A stretch of 22,078 bases of DNA from NCBI GenBank assembly GCA_024626585.2, contig JANKJI020000004.1, forward strand, positions 86,766,800 to 86,788,877, read 5' to 3'. This DNA comes from Ginkgo biloba. Taxonomy: Eukaryota; Plantae; Ginkgophyta. This document shows, in pieces, positions 20,919 through 22,078 of the stretch (positions within the stretch are counted from its first letter, which is position 1; each line of letters begins with the position of its first letter). The position numbers and the translations under genes are program-made. Below the pieces are notes generated by a model that saw only the letters and a list, made by a program, of their open reading frames with translations, had not been told where the DNA came from and did not search any database.

Positions 20919-22078
20919 CCTCTTGAGTTTTAAGATTGGCCTTTCTAGCAAAGTCCTCAAAAACAAAATTATATGTATATTAATTGTCTACCAATATAAG
21001 TGCACCACGCCATTGATTGCCCTTAATCACAAATATCTCAACATAATAAAATTGTTCCAAAGGTCTTAAACTTACCCTTTGAGGAGGTGTCTTGCGAGAC
21101 ATCTTTTCTTTACAAACCACCACAATAGTTTTCGGACTCTACGGAGCATTATTTCCCTTCTTGAGGCATTGATAATTCCATTGAAAGTGACTACCTCCAC
21201 ATTCAAAACATTTAATTGGTGGCTTTTGTTGTCATTGGGGTTTATCCCCAACTTTCCCCCCACCCTTATTCTTTGAGGGTTGCTGAGATGACTGATTGGG
21301 GTAAAACTTTTTCTCATTGAAGGGATTCTTTTATGATTTGAAGAAGGGCTTCTTAAAACCTTAGGAGTCTTTCTTGTCATGGAATGGTTTCTTGGAGGGA
21401 TCCATTTGACTATTTTGAGTAGCTTCTACTTGTAAGGCAATATTAGATGCCTCATCAATAGTTTGAGGCTTTGTCACTGCTATAGTATGTCTGATGTGAG
21501 GCTTAAGAACACGAACAAAGTGGTATACTGCAAATGGAATTGGTAAAAGAGTCTGTCTGACAATCAAAAGATCAACTATGTTACTAAATTCTTCCACAAT
21601 ACCTATTTGCCTAATTAGCAACAACTGACTATAAGCCTCCTATAAATCATTTTGTGGTGAATAGTTCTTCAACATAATATCCTTTTTTTCTTTGTATTAA
21701 GACATCTTATTTCCCCTTGCAAGCATTAACCCTTATGAGAACATTATTCCACCACTCCATAGCACGTCCTTTAAGTGAAAAAGTAACCATAGGAATTTTG
21801 TGTTCCTCCAAAATCATAATGGAAGTGAAACATATTTCAACAAACCTTACCTCAAATTTAAAAGAAGATCTAACACTTTTCCCACCAAAATTTATAATCT
21901 ATACATTCTTCATTTTCTTAGTGTATTAAATAAATTTCCATACTAACTTACTTTTTGTGTGTGTGCTTAGGATCTTGGTCATCATCAAATTATTTTGTGT
22001 GCTCTTAAGGCTCGTCTTCTTATTGCTCCCATAGACAAGGTTCTTCCTCCTTAGTGGCCTTCATAGGGGATTCCTCAA
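20919..22078 (-). mobile_element. Ty3/gypsy copy C: degenerate gag (with zinc knuckle) and start of protease
   Basis: EEHKIPMVTFSLKGRAMEWWNNV; LIRQIGIVEEF..LKPHIR..KPQTIDEA; CFECGGSHFQWNY; LILVDN*YTYNFVFEDFARK (cf. ILVDSGSTHNFI) at ~20941-21000. Confidence 0.85.

Noticed and set aside
21066-21100. GG|GTAAGT donor-like site on the minus strand
   Set aside because: It lies in the gag-protease linker of copy C; no host-like exon precedes it.

Overview
Eukaryotic, AT-rich, CpG-depleted plant DNA from a fragmented scaffold with 15 N-gaps, many exactly 100 N. The retroelement peptides resemble, from recall, those of gymnosperm-type giant genomes. Most of the window is a nested set of decayed Ty3/gypsy LTR retrotransposons: an Athila-like non-chromovirus (tRNA-Asp-type PBS, gag, PR, RT, RNase H, integrase, all pseudogenised), several copies of a tRNA-iMet-primed gag/PR family, a chromovirus integrase-chromodomain tail with PPT and LTR, and orphan LTRs. 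The main non-obvious result is two small intact exons on the minus strand (14482-14549 and 14135-14184) that the ORF track misses. They splice GT-AG in phase to VYPCPKGSLRHRELVKRYGGKEQFPYLMDPNTGVAFYES(G), which I recognise as the first GST_N/thioredoxin-fold domain of the plant 2xGST_N (GST2N, Arabidopsis At4g10000-like) protein. They sit between the 5' and 3' halves of Athila-like pol. I see no prokaryotic genes, RNA genes or CRISPR arrays, and no evidence of a new multi-gene system. All family assignments come from manual translation and recalled motifs, not database searches.
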